Assembly: GCA_041499035.1 (NCBI GenBank)
Contig: JBGQJK010000004.1
Coordinates: 1 to 63,686 of the forward strand
Reading direction: 5' to 3'
DNA: 63,686 nt
From: Patescibacteria group bacterium
GTDB taxonomy: Bacteria > Patescibacteriota > Microgenomatia > UBA8517
The notes beneath the pieces were generated by a model, which was not told the DNA's origin, ran no database searches, and saw only the letters and a list, made by a program, of their open reading frames with translations. Both the position numbers and the translations under genes were made by a program. Each line of letters starts with the position of its first letter. The first letter of the stretch is position 1. This document shows, piece after piece, positions 1 through 7,918 of the stretch.

Positions 1-204
1 AGAAATAAAATCGAAAAGATTTTCTTCTCAAGCAAGCTTGCCGGACATTTGTTCAAACGGGAGTTTAAAAGTACTATTGGAAAATATCCGACGGTGCAAC
101 TAGTTACTCTGCCCTCCCCATCTCCCAGGTATGCATTAATAACTAAGACGGAAAAAATTGACAAATATAAAGAATTACTTCCGAAACTCTTGCAATCAGC
201 GTAA
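1..204 (+). CDS. 3' end of a gene cut by the window edge; tail resembles uracil-DNA glycosylase superfamily (deoxyinosine/uracil glycosylase-like)
   Basis: Frame 1 is open from base 1 to TAA at 202-204. It is absent from the ORF track because it has no start. The tail ...QLVTLPSPSPRYALITKTEKIDKYKELL resembles the C-terminal LPS(T/P)SP region of UDG-superfamily proteins. Confidence 0.3.
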   Translation, partial: RNKIEKIFFSSKLAGHLFKREFKSTIGKYPTVQLVTLPSPSPRYALITKTEKIDKYKELLPKLLQSA

Positions 205-943
205 AATAACTAAAATCGTGTTTACTTACAACCAAATTTTTGACAATAAAAAGAATATATTGTTCGTAACCGCCCACCCCGACGATGTTATTGTTTTCTT
301 TGGTGCCCTAATTAACAAACTAACAAGTGAAAGCAAAAACGTCTATGTGGTAACCGTAACTAACGGAGCCCGCGGAAGTAAGGATGATTTCATCTCGGAG
401 GGAAAATTGGCCGGTAGAAGAATTGCAGAGGAAGCTGCGGCCTTGAAATTTCTAAAAGTTCCTAAGAAAAACATCGTCTGTTTAAACTATAAAGACGGAG
501 AAGTTGAAAGCGATTATAAATTAATTGGGGAGGTGTCAAGATACGTCCGCAAATATAAAGCAGATATTGTTTGTACTCTTGAGCCCGGTTTGATTTATAC
601 AAACACATATAATAATGATGGCTACTTTGTTCAACACCGCGATCACAGAAAAGTTGGTGAGGCGGTAATCGACGCTGCCTATCCATTTTCCCGAGACAGA
701 TCATTCTTTCCCGAGCATATGAAGGAAGGAATTGAACCGCATTCGGTTTTTGATATCCTTTTAACCGACGAGGCCGGAGCTAATTTTGATTTTGACTACA
801 CTGCCGACCTTGAAACCAAAAAGGCAGCGCTTTTACTCCATAAAAGCCAGTTTGATAAACAAACTGTTAATGATATCCTTGATTCCTTAAAATTCGGCGG
901 TAAATATTTGGAGAAATTTAAATATCTTAGGCTTCTGTGGTAA
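158..943 (+). CDS. PIG-L/LmbE family N-acetylglucosaminyl deacetylase
   Basis: Has the ILFVTAHPDDVIVFFG signature (AHPDD) and a downstream HRDH motif. The track start at 158 is TTG and overlaps the upstream ORF. An in-frame GTG at 218 is a likelier start. Confidence 0.75.
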   Translation: MTNIKNYFRNSCNQRKITKIVFTYNQIFDNKKNILFVTAHPDDVIVFFGALINKLTSESKNVYVVTVTNGARGSKDDFISEGKLAGRRIAEEAAALKFLKVPKKNIVCLNYKDGEVESDYKLIGEVSRYVRKYKADIVCTLEPGLIYTNTYNNDGYFVQHRDHRKVGEAVIDAAYPFSRDRSFFPEHMKEGIEPHSVFDILLTDEAGANFDFDYTADLETKKAALLLHKSQFDKQTVNDILDSLKFGGKYLEKFKYLRLLW

Positions 944-1191
944 AAAGCTACAAGTGGTTCACCTACATTCTTCTCTGTACTGATGGCAGTTACTACACCG
1001 GCTCGACAAATGATGTTGAAAAAAGATTCAAAGATCACGTTGAAGGCAAAGGAGCCCGATATACCAAAAGCCATAAACCGGAAAAAATAATTTATAAAGA
1101 AGAATTCACCACCAAATCAGAGGCATTAAAACGGGAGGCAACTCTCAAGAAGTTATCCAGGAAAGCAAAAGAGGATCTTCTCAATATATAA
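937..1191 (+). CDS. GIY-YIG nuclease superfamily small protein (UPF0213-like)
   Basis: YILLCTDGSYYTGSTNDVEKRFKDH...ALKREATLKK matches the GIY-YIG core. The GTG start overlaps the stop of the upstream gene. Confidence 0.75.
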   Translation: MVKSYKWFTYILLCTDGSYYTGSTNDVEKRFKDHVEGKGARYTKSHKPEKIIYKEEFTTKSEALKREATLKKLSRKAKEDLLNI

Positions 1192-1199
1192 TAAATTGA

Positions 1200-1568
1200 A
1201 TGAAAAAATATATTGTTCTTGGCATCGTACTACTTCTAATCCTTGGTATCGGTTTTATTATTAGGGAGAACCAAACTACTTATACATCAGGCGGAGAAAG
1301 TACACCTGGACCCAAAACTTCCGAGATAACACGGTCCATAGCCCTTAGCGAAGTAGCAAAGCATAAGACGAAAACCGACTGCTGGACAGCTATTGAAGGG
1401 TCCGTTTACGATATGACTTCGTTTATTAGTCAGCATCCCGGAGGCGACGGCATTCTCAAAGGCTGCGGGAATGACGCAACAGTACTTTTTAATTCAATAC
1501 CGTTTCATAACTCGGCAATACGCGACTTTCTGACAACTTTCAAGATCGGTATTTTGACCGGTATGTAA
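1200..1568 (+). CDS. membrane-anchored cytochrome b5-like heme-binding domain protein
   Basis: N-terminal TM helix followed by CWTAIEGSVYDMTSFISQHPGGDGILKGCGNDATVLF...FH (HPGG motif plus second His). Confidence 0.65.
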   Translation: MKKYIVLGIVLLLILGIGFIIRENQTTYTSGGESTPGPKTSEITRSIALSEVAKHKTKTDCWTAIEGSVYDMTSFISQHPGGDGILKGCGNDATVLFNSIPFHNSAIRDFLTTFKIGILTGM

Positions 1569-1569
1569 T

Positions 1570-2865
1570 TTACTGAAGAGCAGGCAAATTTCTATTTAAG
1601 ATATCAATATATAAATTTCCGAACTGATATCCGTTCGGATCAATTTCATCTTTACCGGTTCCTGTATTTGTTCTAACCTGCTCCCCGGGTTCCACTGAAG
1701 TTCCCTCTCCCCACTCATTCCAGGTTTCAATTAATTTCCAGGTAACATTTGCCGAGACCATGCTTCTAACCGCGGCCTCAAAATCTGTCGGGTTTCTTGG
1801 AAGACGCTCGGCTGAGCCGTCGTCCAGCCAAAATCCCGGGCTTACAAAGTAATAACCCGGTCCTGAGCCGCTCCTTGCAGCCGGGGCGTACTGATGCCAG
1901 GCGTCGGGCTGATTTGGATCAGTTGGAGATCCTCCATACACCTTAAGTACTGTGTAAAAAGTATTCCCAACCTGAGCGTTGGCATCCTTCCACCTTTGTG
2001 CCATACCGCCGGCGTCATTTGCACCAGCATAAACAAACATTACCGGCTTGCCGTTTACCCTCAACAAATATTGACTTCCCACATATTTGGCCTTTATATA
2101 GTTAAGGTCGCTGACCAACTGACTGACAGACGGATCACTGAAGCCCTCGTTTTCGTAATACATCGCCCACCTCAGGCGCGGATATGGATTATCGCTCCTG
2201 CCCATAAACGAATTGATAATATTGTTAAAGGCCCCGTCCTCACGTGTACCCTGGCCCCACCACGAGGCTATAGCTACACTAATTTTTGCCTCCTTAAGTT
2301 TTCCTGCCTGCCATTTGAAGTTATTGTAGTTACTGGCACTGTAAAGTTCGTTAGGCGGGTCAAGCGCGGATGGATTTGGATCGGGAATATAGTGCGAGAA
2401 CCAGGTATTTGGAGGGTTACCTCCATGGTCTGTCCAGTAACCCCAACCGCTATCGGTGTTTGGATTCTGGAACCAAAGATAAAAGAAAGTCGTGTAATAA
2501 GGAGGATTCGGCTGAAACCCGTTTAACGGTGCAGGAGTTCCGGGCGTTGGAGACGGGGGGTTTGTCGGTGGGTTGGTCGGAGGATGAGCTGTTGGTGTGG
2601 GGGTAGTTGTGGCAGTCGAAGAAAAAACTACATACTTTCCGGCCGAAGCAGCACTGTCATTACCAATCGTTGCAGGCCCAGACAGAGTCGCGGATTCTGC
2701 TTCATAAGCATTGCTTTGCGCGGCTTCCGAAGAACTTGGAGCTCGTTGATTCTTAACAAGTAAAACGGTAACCGGGATTGTTAAAACAATAGCAATAAGG
2801 CCCGAAAACCCCAAAATTTTCCATTTATCCATTAAAAGAAATTTAATTCTCTCGCTAAAAGGCAT
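1570..2865 (-). CDS. secreted GH99-like glycoside hydrolase family protein with N-terminal short CBM-like motif and Pro/Thr linker
   Basis: TM/signal anchor, then the YEAESATLSGPATIGNDSAASAGKYVVFS motif and a PT linker. The catalytic-like region contains FFYLWF..., SVAIASWWGQG, YYENEG and ETWNEWGEGTSVEP, resembling GH99-type proteins. Confidence 0.5.
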   Translation of the reverse strand: MPFSERIKFLLMDKWKILGFSGLIAIVLTIPVTVLLVKNQRAPSSSEAAQSNAYEAESATLSGPATIGNDSAASAGKYVVFSSTATTTPTPTAHPPTNPPTNPPSPTPGTPAPLNGFQPNPPYYTTFFYLWFQNPNTDSGWGYWTDHGGNPPNTWFSHYIPDPNPSALDPPNELYSASNYNNFKWQAGKLKEAKISVAIASWWGQGTREDGAFNNIINSFMGRSDNPYPRLRWAMYYENEGFSDPSVSQLVSDLNYIKAKYVGSQYLLRVNGKPVMFVYAGANDAGGMAQRWKDANAQVGNTFYTVLKVYGGSPTDPNQPDAWHQYAPAARSGSGPGYYFVSPGFWLDDGSAERLPRNPTDFEAAVRSMVSANVTWKLIETWNEWGEGTSVEPGEQVRTNTGTGKDEIDPNGYQFGNLYIDILNRNLPALQ

Positions 2866-2958
2866 GCTTAAATATTAAGTTAGTAAGCCCCGATATGCAA
2901 GAAAAGTTCCGATTAGTTAAATTTGCATTATTGTCCTGCAAGTGATAAATTCACCTGA

Positions 2959-4515
2959 ATGAAGAATTTCATTCTGGCTTGTCTTTTGATAATAATCATT
3001 TCGGCCCTTACTTTCGGCTTATCTAAACAGGTCTCGGCTTCACTCCTAACCCTTACCCTGAATCCCGTCGCTGACTCCTATGTCGACGCCGGGAATCCCA
3101 CAACAAACAACGGTACCACTACTCAGATTAGAATAGATGGGTCTCCAATTGTAAGAAGCTATCTTCGTTTTAATGTGACAGGAATTACCGGTACCGTTTC
3201 TTCGGCAACTCTAAAAATTTATGCAAATAGCGCACAGTCCACTGGTTTTGAAATTCATAGGGTTTCCGATACCGCCTGGGGGGAAACAACTATTACTTAC
3301 AGTAATGCGCCGGCATATGATGCCCCGATTTTGGGAACATCCGGAGCCTTGAAAGCCGGCACTTGGTATAGTACTGATATAACTTCGGCAGTCACAGGGA
3401 ATGGATTAAATAGCTTTTTACTTTTGACAACAAACTCAACCGCGGAAAGTCTTGGGAGTCGCGAGTCGGCGACACCTCCTCAGCTTGTGGTCGTCTATTC
3501 TGACAGCTCAACTCCGACACCGACGGTAACTCCAACACCTACGGCATTACCTACCCCAAGCCCAACAATCGCACCCACCCCAACCGCTACCCCAACGGTC
3601 ACTCCAATTCCAACGCCTACACCGACACTTGCGCCCACACCTTCACCGATAGTTACCCCGACTCCAACGCCAATATCTTCAGGCGACCCGGTAATTGCCG
3701 CTGCGGGAGATATCGGTTGCAAACTAGGAACAACCTGTAGCGCTCAGGCTGTTTATAATCTAATTCCTCCAATGACACCGGCAGGAATTCTAACGCTCGG
3801 AGACACTCAATATTATTGCGGCTCTGCCCAGGCATTTGCCCAAGTTTTTAATCCTTCATGGGGGCAGTCCAAATCTATAATTCACCCCGCAGTTGGAAAT
3901 CACGAATACCTAACCTCGGGTGCCTCTGATTGTACCTCCGCAAACACAGGGGCGGCAGGATATTATGGCTATTTTGGTAGTGCGGCAGGAAATCCTTCTC
4001 AGGGGTATTACAGCTACGATATCGGCAGTTGGCACCTTATTTCACTTAATACCCAATGCAGTTCTGCAGGTGGTTGCGGTTCTGGTTCACCACAATATAC
4101 TTGGCTACAGACCGACTTAGCAAATCACTCAAATACATGCACTCTTGCTTACTATCACATTCCTCTTTATTCGGAAGGAGGCAGAGCCAACGCTAATTCA
4201 CAACCGATGTTTAGCTTGATGTATCAAAAAGGAGTTGACCTTGTTTTAACAGGACACGACCATATTTATGAAAGATTCAAACCCCAAGACGCAAGCGGTA
4301 ACGCGGTAACAAATGGCATAACCGAGTTCGTTGTTGGTACGGGAGGCGCAAACCATACTTCAATAGTTTCATCACTTGCAAACTCCGCTACCGCCAACGC
4401 TACTACATTCGGTGTTCTAAAACTTACACTTCATTCGGGTAGTACGGACTATAAATTTGTTCCCGAAACAACCAGTGGAACTTTTACTGACTCCGGAACT
4501 ATTCTTTGTCACTAA
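2959..4515 (+). CDS. secreted metallophosphoesterase with N-terminal DNRLRE/CBM96-like domain and Pro/Thr linker
   Basis: Signal peptide, then [15 protein letters not shown]...SYLRFNV...ATLKIYA...[12 protein letters not shown] (DNRLRE-type) and a ~55-aa PT linker. Calcineurin-like motifs follow: [25 protein letters not shown]. Confidence 0.75.
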   Translation: MKNFILACLLIIIISALTFGLSKQVSASLLTLTLNPVADSYVDAGNPTTNNGTTTQIRIDGSPIVRSYLRFNVTGITGTVSSATLKIYANSAQSTGFEIHRVSDTAWGETTITYSNAPAYDAPILGTSGALKAGTWYSTDITSAVTGNGLNSFLLLTTNSTAESLGSRESATPPQLVVVYSDSSTPTPTVTPTPTALPTPSPTIAPTPTATPTVTPIPTPTPTLAPTPSPIVTPTPTPISSGDPVIAAAGDIGCKLGTTCSAQAVYNLIPPMTPAGILTLGDTQYYCGSAQAFAQVFNPSWGQSKSIIHPAVGNHEYLTSGASDCTSANTGAAGYYGYFGSAAGNPSQGYYSYDIGSWHLISLNTQCSSAGGCGSGSPQYTWLQTDLANHSNTCTLAYYHIPLYSEGGRANANSQPMFSLMYQKGVDLVLTGHDHIYERFKPQDASGNAVTNGITEFVVGTGGANHTSIVSSLANSATANATTFGVLKLTLHSGSTDYKFVPETTSGTFTDSGTILCH

Positions 4516-4527
4516 AAAACTTCTAAA

Positions 4528-4989
4528 TTATCTTGTTATGTCTCCACAGGCCAGAACCGTTTTATCCTTTAGCGATTTCTCCAAATCTATAGTTAACGGA
4601 GCCAGTTGTTTGAGTTGATCTACTGTTATATCCAAATCCGTTTCTGATTCTCCTGCATCAGGAACTGCCAGTGTATATTTTAGCTTACCCATTTTTCGGC
4701 ACGTGCCTTCGTGAATATAAGCCGGAACTATCGATTCGTTATCATCGGATAAACTTGGAAACTTTAACAAAATTACGCCGCTTCCCGCTATATCTTCTAA
4801 AGTTGCTGTCCCGGACATATTGGAATTGCCAATTGGAAACACATTAATTATTGTCTGCTTTGGAACTGGAGAAGGTTTAGGACCAGAGGCAAAGTATAGT
4901 TTCGTCAGGACAAGAATCCCGGTAATTACAACAGCTATTAAAACAAATCTAGCGTTATTCTTAATCACAATTACAGATGCTAACAACAT
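4528..4989 (-). CDS. hypothetical membrane-anchored secreted protein
   Basis: 153-aa ORF with an N-terminal TM helix. The pattern ...PAYIHEGTC...G...ACGDI recurs in small secreted proteins of unknown function. No confident family call. Confidence 0.45.
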   Translation of the reverse strand: MLLASVIVIKNNARFVLIAVVITGILVLTKLYFASGPKPSPVPKQTIINVFPIGNSNMSGTATLEDIAGSGVILLKFPSLSDDNESIVPAYIHEGTCRKMGKLKYTLAVPDAGESETDLDITVDQLKQLAPLTIDLEKSLKDKTVLACGDITR

Positions 4990-5059
4990 CTTCCTCTACT
5001 GTCAATTTCGAATATCATAGCTTTCTTGCACCCTATAAAGAATTCGTATAACATTTATC

Positions 5060-6208
5060 ATGCGATCTAATTTGAGAAAATATATTAGGTTAGTCACATT
5101 TTCAGTAGTATTATTGGCAGTTTTCTTCATGGTTATTCTCAGTGTCAGAGCAGCCCAAACCAATGGCTATGAAGCGGAATCCGCATCCCTTCAGGGCCCG
5201 GTAACTATTGGGTCCGATAGTACCGCTTCTGGCGGAAAATATGTTGTTTTCTCAGCTTCCGGAAATACCCCTCCCCCAAGTACCGGAACATCAACTCCCC
5301 GTCCCGGAACTCCTACCCCTGTCGCTACACCAACTAAAACTCCGGTTCCGACTCAACCGCCAACCGGTGGTGGAGGGGACGCTGTTATTGCTGCAGCGGG
5401 AGACATTGCCTGTGGGGTCGGAAGTACAGGAGCCGCATGTAAACAGGTTGCAACGGCAGCGCTCCTGACCGCAGTAAATCCGGTTGCAGTTCTTCCCCTC
5501 GGAGACGTTCAGTACGAAGAAGGGACTCTTTCCGACTTTCAAAATTACTACAACCCTTCCTGGGGTAAATTTAAAAGCATTACGTTTCCGTCAGTGGGCA
5601 ACCACGAATATTTAACATCAGGGGCCAGCGGCTATTTTGATTATTTCAACGGAGTAGGAAACGCGACGGGTGTCGCGGGCGATAGAGGCAAAGGTTATTA
5701 TGCAGTTAACGTTGGTGCGTGGAGACTTTACGCGCTAAACAGTAATTGCGGCAGCGCCGGGGGCTGCCAGGCCGGTTCTCCTCAAGAAACTTGGCTTCGA
5801 GCAGATCTCAAATCAAATCCCCATCAATGTGTTCTGGCATATTTCCATCACCCGCTTTATACATCGGGGAGTCGGGCAACACCGGCGGTGGCCCCGCTTT
5901 ACCAGGCGCTATATGACAATGGAGCAGAGCTAATTCTTAACGGCCATGAACACAACTACGAGCGCTTTGCCCCGCAGGACGCCAAAGGAAACTTGGATAT
6001 GGGGAAAGGGGTAAGGGAGTTTGTAGTTGGAACCGGCGGAAGGAACTTTACACAGTTCGTAACAAGTGCTAAAAACAGTGAGGTTAAAAACGATGTTACA
6101 TTTGGTATACTTAAACTAACATTGCATCCGGCAAGTTACGACTTTACATTTATGCCAATCACAGGGTCGTCATTTACGGATCAGGGGTCAGCGGTAGCTT
6201 GCCACTAA
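5060..6208 (+). CDS. secreted metallophosphoesterase (paralog of 2959-4515) with short N-terminal CBM-like motif
   Basis: Signal anchor, then NGYEAESASLQGPVTIGSDSTASGGKYVVFS and a PT linker. Motifs AAGDIA, GDVQY, GNHEY and GHEHNYERF follow. Collinear with the catalytic half of 2959-4515. Confidence 0.75.
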   Translation: MRSNLRKYIRLVTFSVVLLAVFFMVILSVRAAQTNGYEAESASLQGPVTIGSDSTASGGKYVVFSASGNTPPPSTGTSTPRPGTPTPVATPTKTPVPTQPPTGGGGDAVIAAAGDIACGVGSTGAACKQVATAALLTAVNPVAVLPLGDVQYEEGTLSDFQNYYNPSWGKFKSITFPSVGNHEYLTSGASGYFDYFNGVGNATGVAGDRGKGYYAVNVGAWRLYALNSNCGSAGGCQAGSPQETWLRADLKSNPHQCVLAYFHHPLYTSGSRATPAVAPLYQALYDNGAELILNGHEHNYERFAPQDAKGNLDMGKGVREFVVGTGGRNFTQFVTSAKNSEVKNDVTFGILKLTLHPASYDFTFMPITGSSFTDQGSAVACH

Positions 6209-6209
6209 A

Positions 6210-6716
6210 ATGAAAAGAACTATTACTATCATCTCCAGCAGCCTTGTGGTAGTTTTGTCTTTAGCTGTAGTTGTGGTTGCAACTCGCAGGCTGCAGCAAA
6301 ATACCAGTACCGTAGGCACAAGCTCGTTTGCTGCAGTACTTACACCAAAAGACCCAAACTTTACAGAGTTCCAGGGTAGTCTTGCACCAGGGTTCCCGGA
6401 TTTTCCGGTTTATCCTGGAGCCCGAATTTCAAGTTCACGTAAAGAAACTAGAGGGACAGACGGTGTAAACGGCTTTAGCGCCGACTGGACGGTTGGCGGG
6501 GACAATGTTATAACCGAAATTGCGGGTTGGTACACTAATGAACTTACCAAGCAAGGTTGGAAAAAAGTCTCGGTTCAAGATGAAAATGATCTCACTGAGC
6601 AGTCGTTAAAATTCTCAAAGGCAGGCCAATCGATCGTCTTAAGCATTGGGAGAGGCGAAAGTGCTAATCCTTATACTATTAGTATATTGGTTGATATCCC
6701 GGTAGACAAATTATAA
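6210..6716 (+). CDS. hypothetical N-terminally anchored protein, distant paralog of 13308-13838 and 15142-15651
   Basis: TM helix, then FPDFPVYPGARISS...W.....ITEIAGWYTNELTKQGWKK. The two other small proteins in the island share this motif order. Confidence 0.5.
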   Translation: MKRTITIISSSLVVVLSLAVVVVATRRLQQNTSTVGTSSFAAVLTPKDPNFTEFQGSLAPGFPDFPVYPGARISSSRKETRGTDGVNGFSADWTVGGDNVITEIAGWYTNELTKQGWKKVSVQDENDLTEQSLKFSKAGQSIVLSIGRGESANPYTISILVDIPVDKL

Positions 6717-6750
6717 CAAGACGCTGATAGAAATAAATTAATCTTCGCTA

Positions 6751-7884
6751 TTAAAAAAACAGCCTCTGAGTAAATAAAAATACTCCAATACACCCGATAA
6801 CAACCGAAGCGGTTTTAACCGCTTTTACTTCCCAGACCTGTCGCCTGATATACCATAATACCGGGAACATTAGTGCAATAATAATAAGTTGGCCAATCTC
6901 AACCCCAACGTTAAAGGAAAGTAGCGAAAAAACAAGACTTTGCTGCTGAAGTCCAAGATCCCGAAGCGCCGACGAAAAGCTGAATCCGTGTATCAGTCCG
7001 AAAAAAAAGCTAATCATCCACCGCTTAGACTGATTTGTAAAAAACAATTTATTTATAAATCCCAACCTAGTATTTTCTTGAGGACTGGATACGATTTTTA
7101 CGTTTTCAAAGGCAACATAGGCAATCGATACGGCAATCATTGATTCTGTAAAACGGGCAGGTAAGACAAATATGCCCATGGTAGCAAGCGAAAGCGTGAT
7201 TGAGTGTGTCAGCGTAAAAGCACTAACAATTTTTAGAAGACTCTTAATGTTTTTGGTTATGATGTGTAAGCTTATTAAAAATAGAATGTGGTCATACCCG
7301 GTCAAAATATGCAGGATGCCAATTTTTAGAAACGTGCCAATAGTTACGAGCATTTGGAAATTATTTATCTTGGATTTTATGGACGGGTAGTCGATATCAA
7401 GAACCGGATTAGTTTTTGAAAATATAAGCTGCTGCCTAAATTTATCAACCTGAATATCGGTTATATTTTCGTGAATTTCTGAAATATTGAAAAATAAATT
7501 ATAAGTAAAATGCAGTTTATCTATTGAGTTTTTGCACGTATACCGGAAGTGGTAGGCGATCCCTTTTATATCAGTGATGTTTTTAACATCTATTAGGTTA
7601 GGTATGCATTTTTGTCCATCATTTTGAATAACGAATCCATTTTCAAAAGGTTTTTGAAAAAACTTAAGATCAATATTGTCAATTGTTTTATTTGGTATCG
7701 GATAATATCCCAAAATATTATTGTAGGGGGTAGTTATAGCCACGTCTATCATAGTGCCGGTTACGGTGATGGACGTGTAGGTAAGAGATGCATCATGCGC
7801 ATGTGCGGAAGGTATTGAAAAAGTAAGAAAAAAGAAGCTTAAGCACAAAAAATATATTAGAGGGGTAATTTTCATTTTAAGCAT
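6751..7884 (-). CDS. HupE/UreJ family membrane protein with large N-terminal extracytoplasmic domain
   Basis: GILHILTGYDHILFLISL is the HupE/UreJ signature, followed by several TM helices. The longest ORF (to 7980) overlaps the divergent gene. ATGs at 7884 and 7875 (MLKMKITPLIYFL signal-like) are likelier starts. Confidence 0.6.
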   Translation of the reverse strand: MLKMKITPLIYFLCLSFFFLTFSIPSAHAHDASLTYTSITVTGTMIDVAITTPYNNILGYYPIPNKTIDNIDLKFFQKPFENGFVIQNDGQKCIPNLIDVKNITDIKGIAYHFRYTCKNSIDKLHFTYNLFFNISEIHENITDIQVDKFRQQLIFSKTNPVLDIDYPSIKSKINNFQMLVTIGTFLKIGILHILTGYDHILFLISLHIITKNIKSLLKIVSAFTLTHSITLSLATMGIFVLPARFTESMIAVSIAYVAFENVKIVSSPQENTRLGFINKLFFTNQSKRWMISFFFGLIHGFSFSSALRDLGLQQQSLVFSLLSFNVGVEIGQLIIIALMFPVLWYIRRQVWEVKAVKTASVVIGCIGVFLFTQRLFF

Positions 7885-7918
7885 TTTATTATAATATAGT
7901 GGACGCGAAGCAATATAC

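Noticed and set aside
937-1191. GIY-YIG protein as a homing endonuclease or mobile element marker.
   Set aside because: The protein is only 84 aa (a bare GIY-YIG core of the UPF0213 type). It is not inserted in a host gene or intron and has no flanking repeats.
1894-2526. Long nested ORFs on the opposite strand of large genes (also 18442-18822, 33668-34159, 39938-40339, 44310-44648, 46089-46397, 60468-60978).
   Set aside because: Each is fully embedded antisense or out of frame in a gene with strong family motifs. The translations have no motifs and odd composition.
3505-3680. Short-period nucleotide repeats that could be mistaken for tandem repeats or a CRISPR-like array (also ~11287-11440, ~13040-13210, ~14750-14870, ~25780-25980, ~27230-27340).
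   Set aside because: The periodicity is 6 nt (Pro-Thr codon pairs). It stays in frame within long ORFs and has no repeat-spacer structure. These are coding linkers.
3495-3722. Gly/Val-rich antisense ORFs (also 11231-11500, 12935-13294, 14694-14939, 25770-26042).
   Set aside because: They are the reverse complement of ACN-CCN Pro/Thr linker codons inside well-supported genes. They are low-complexity GVGVGV translations with no start context, so they are artefacts.
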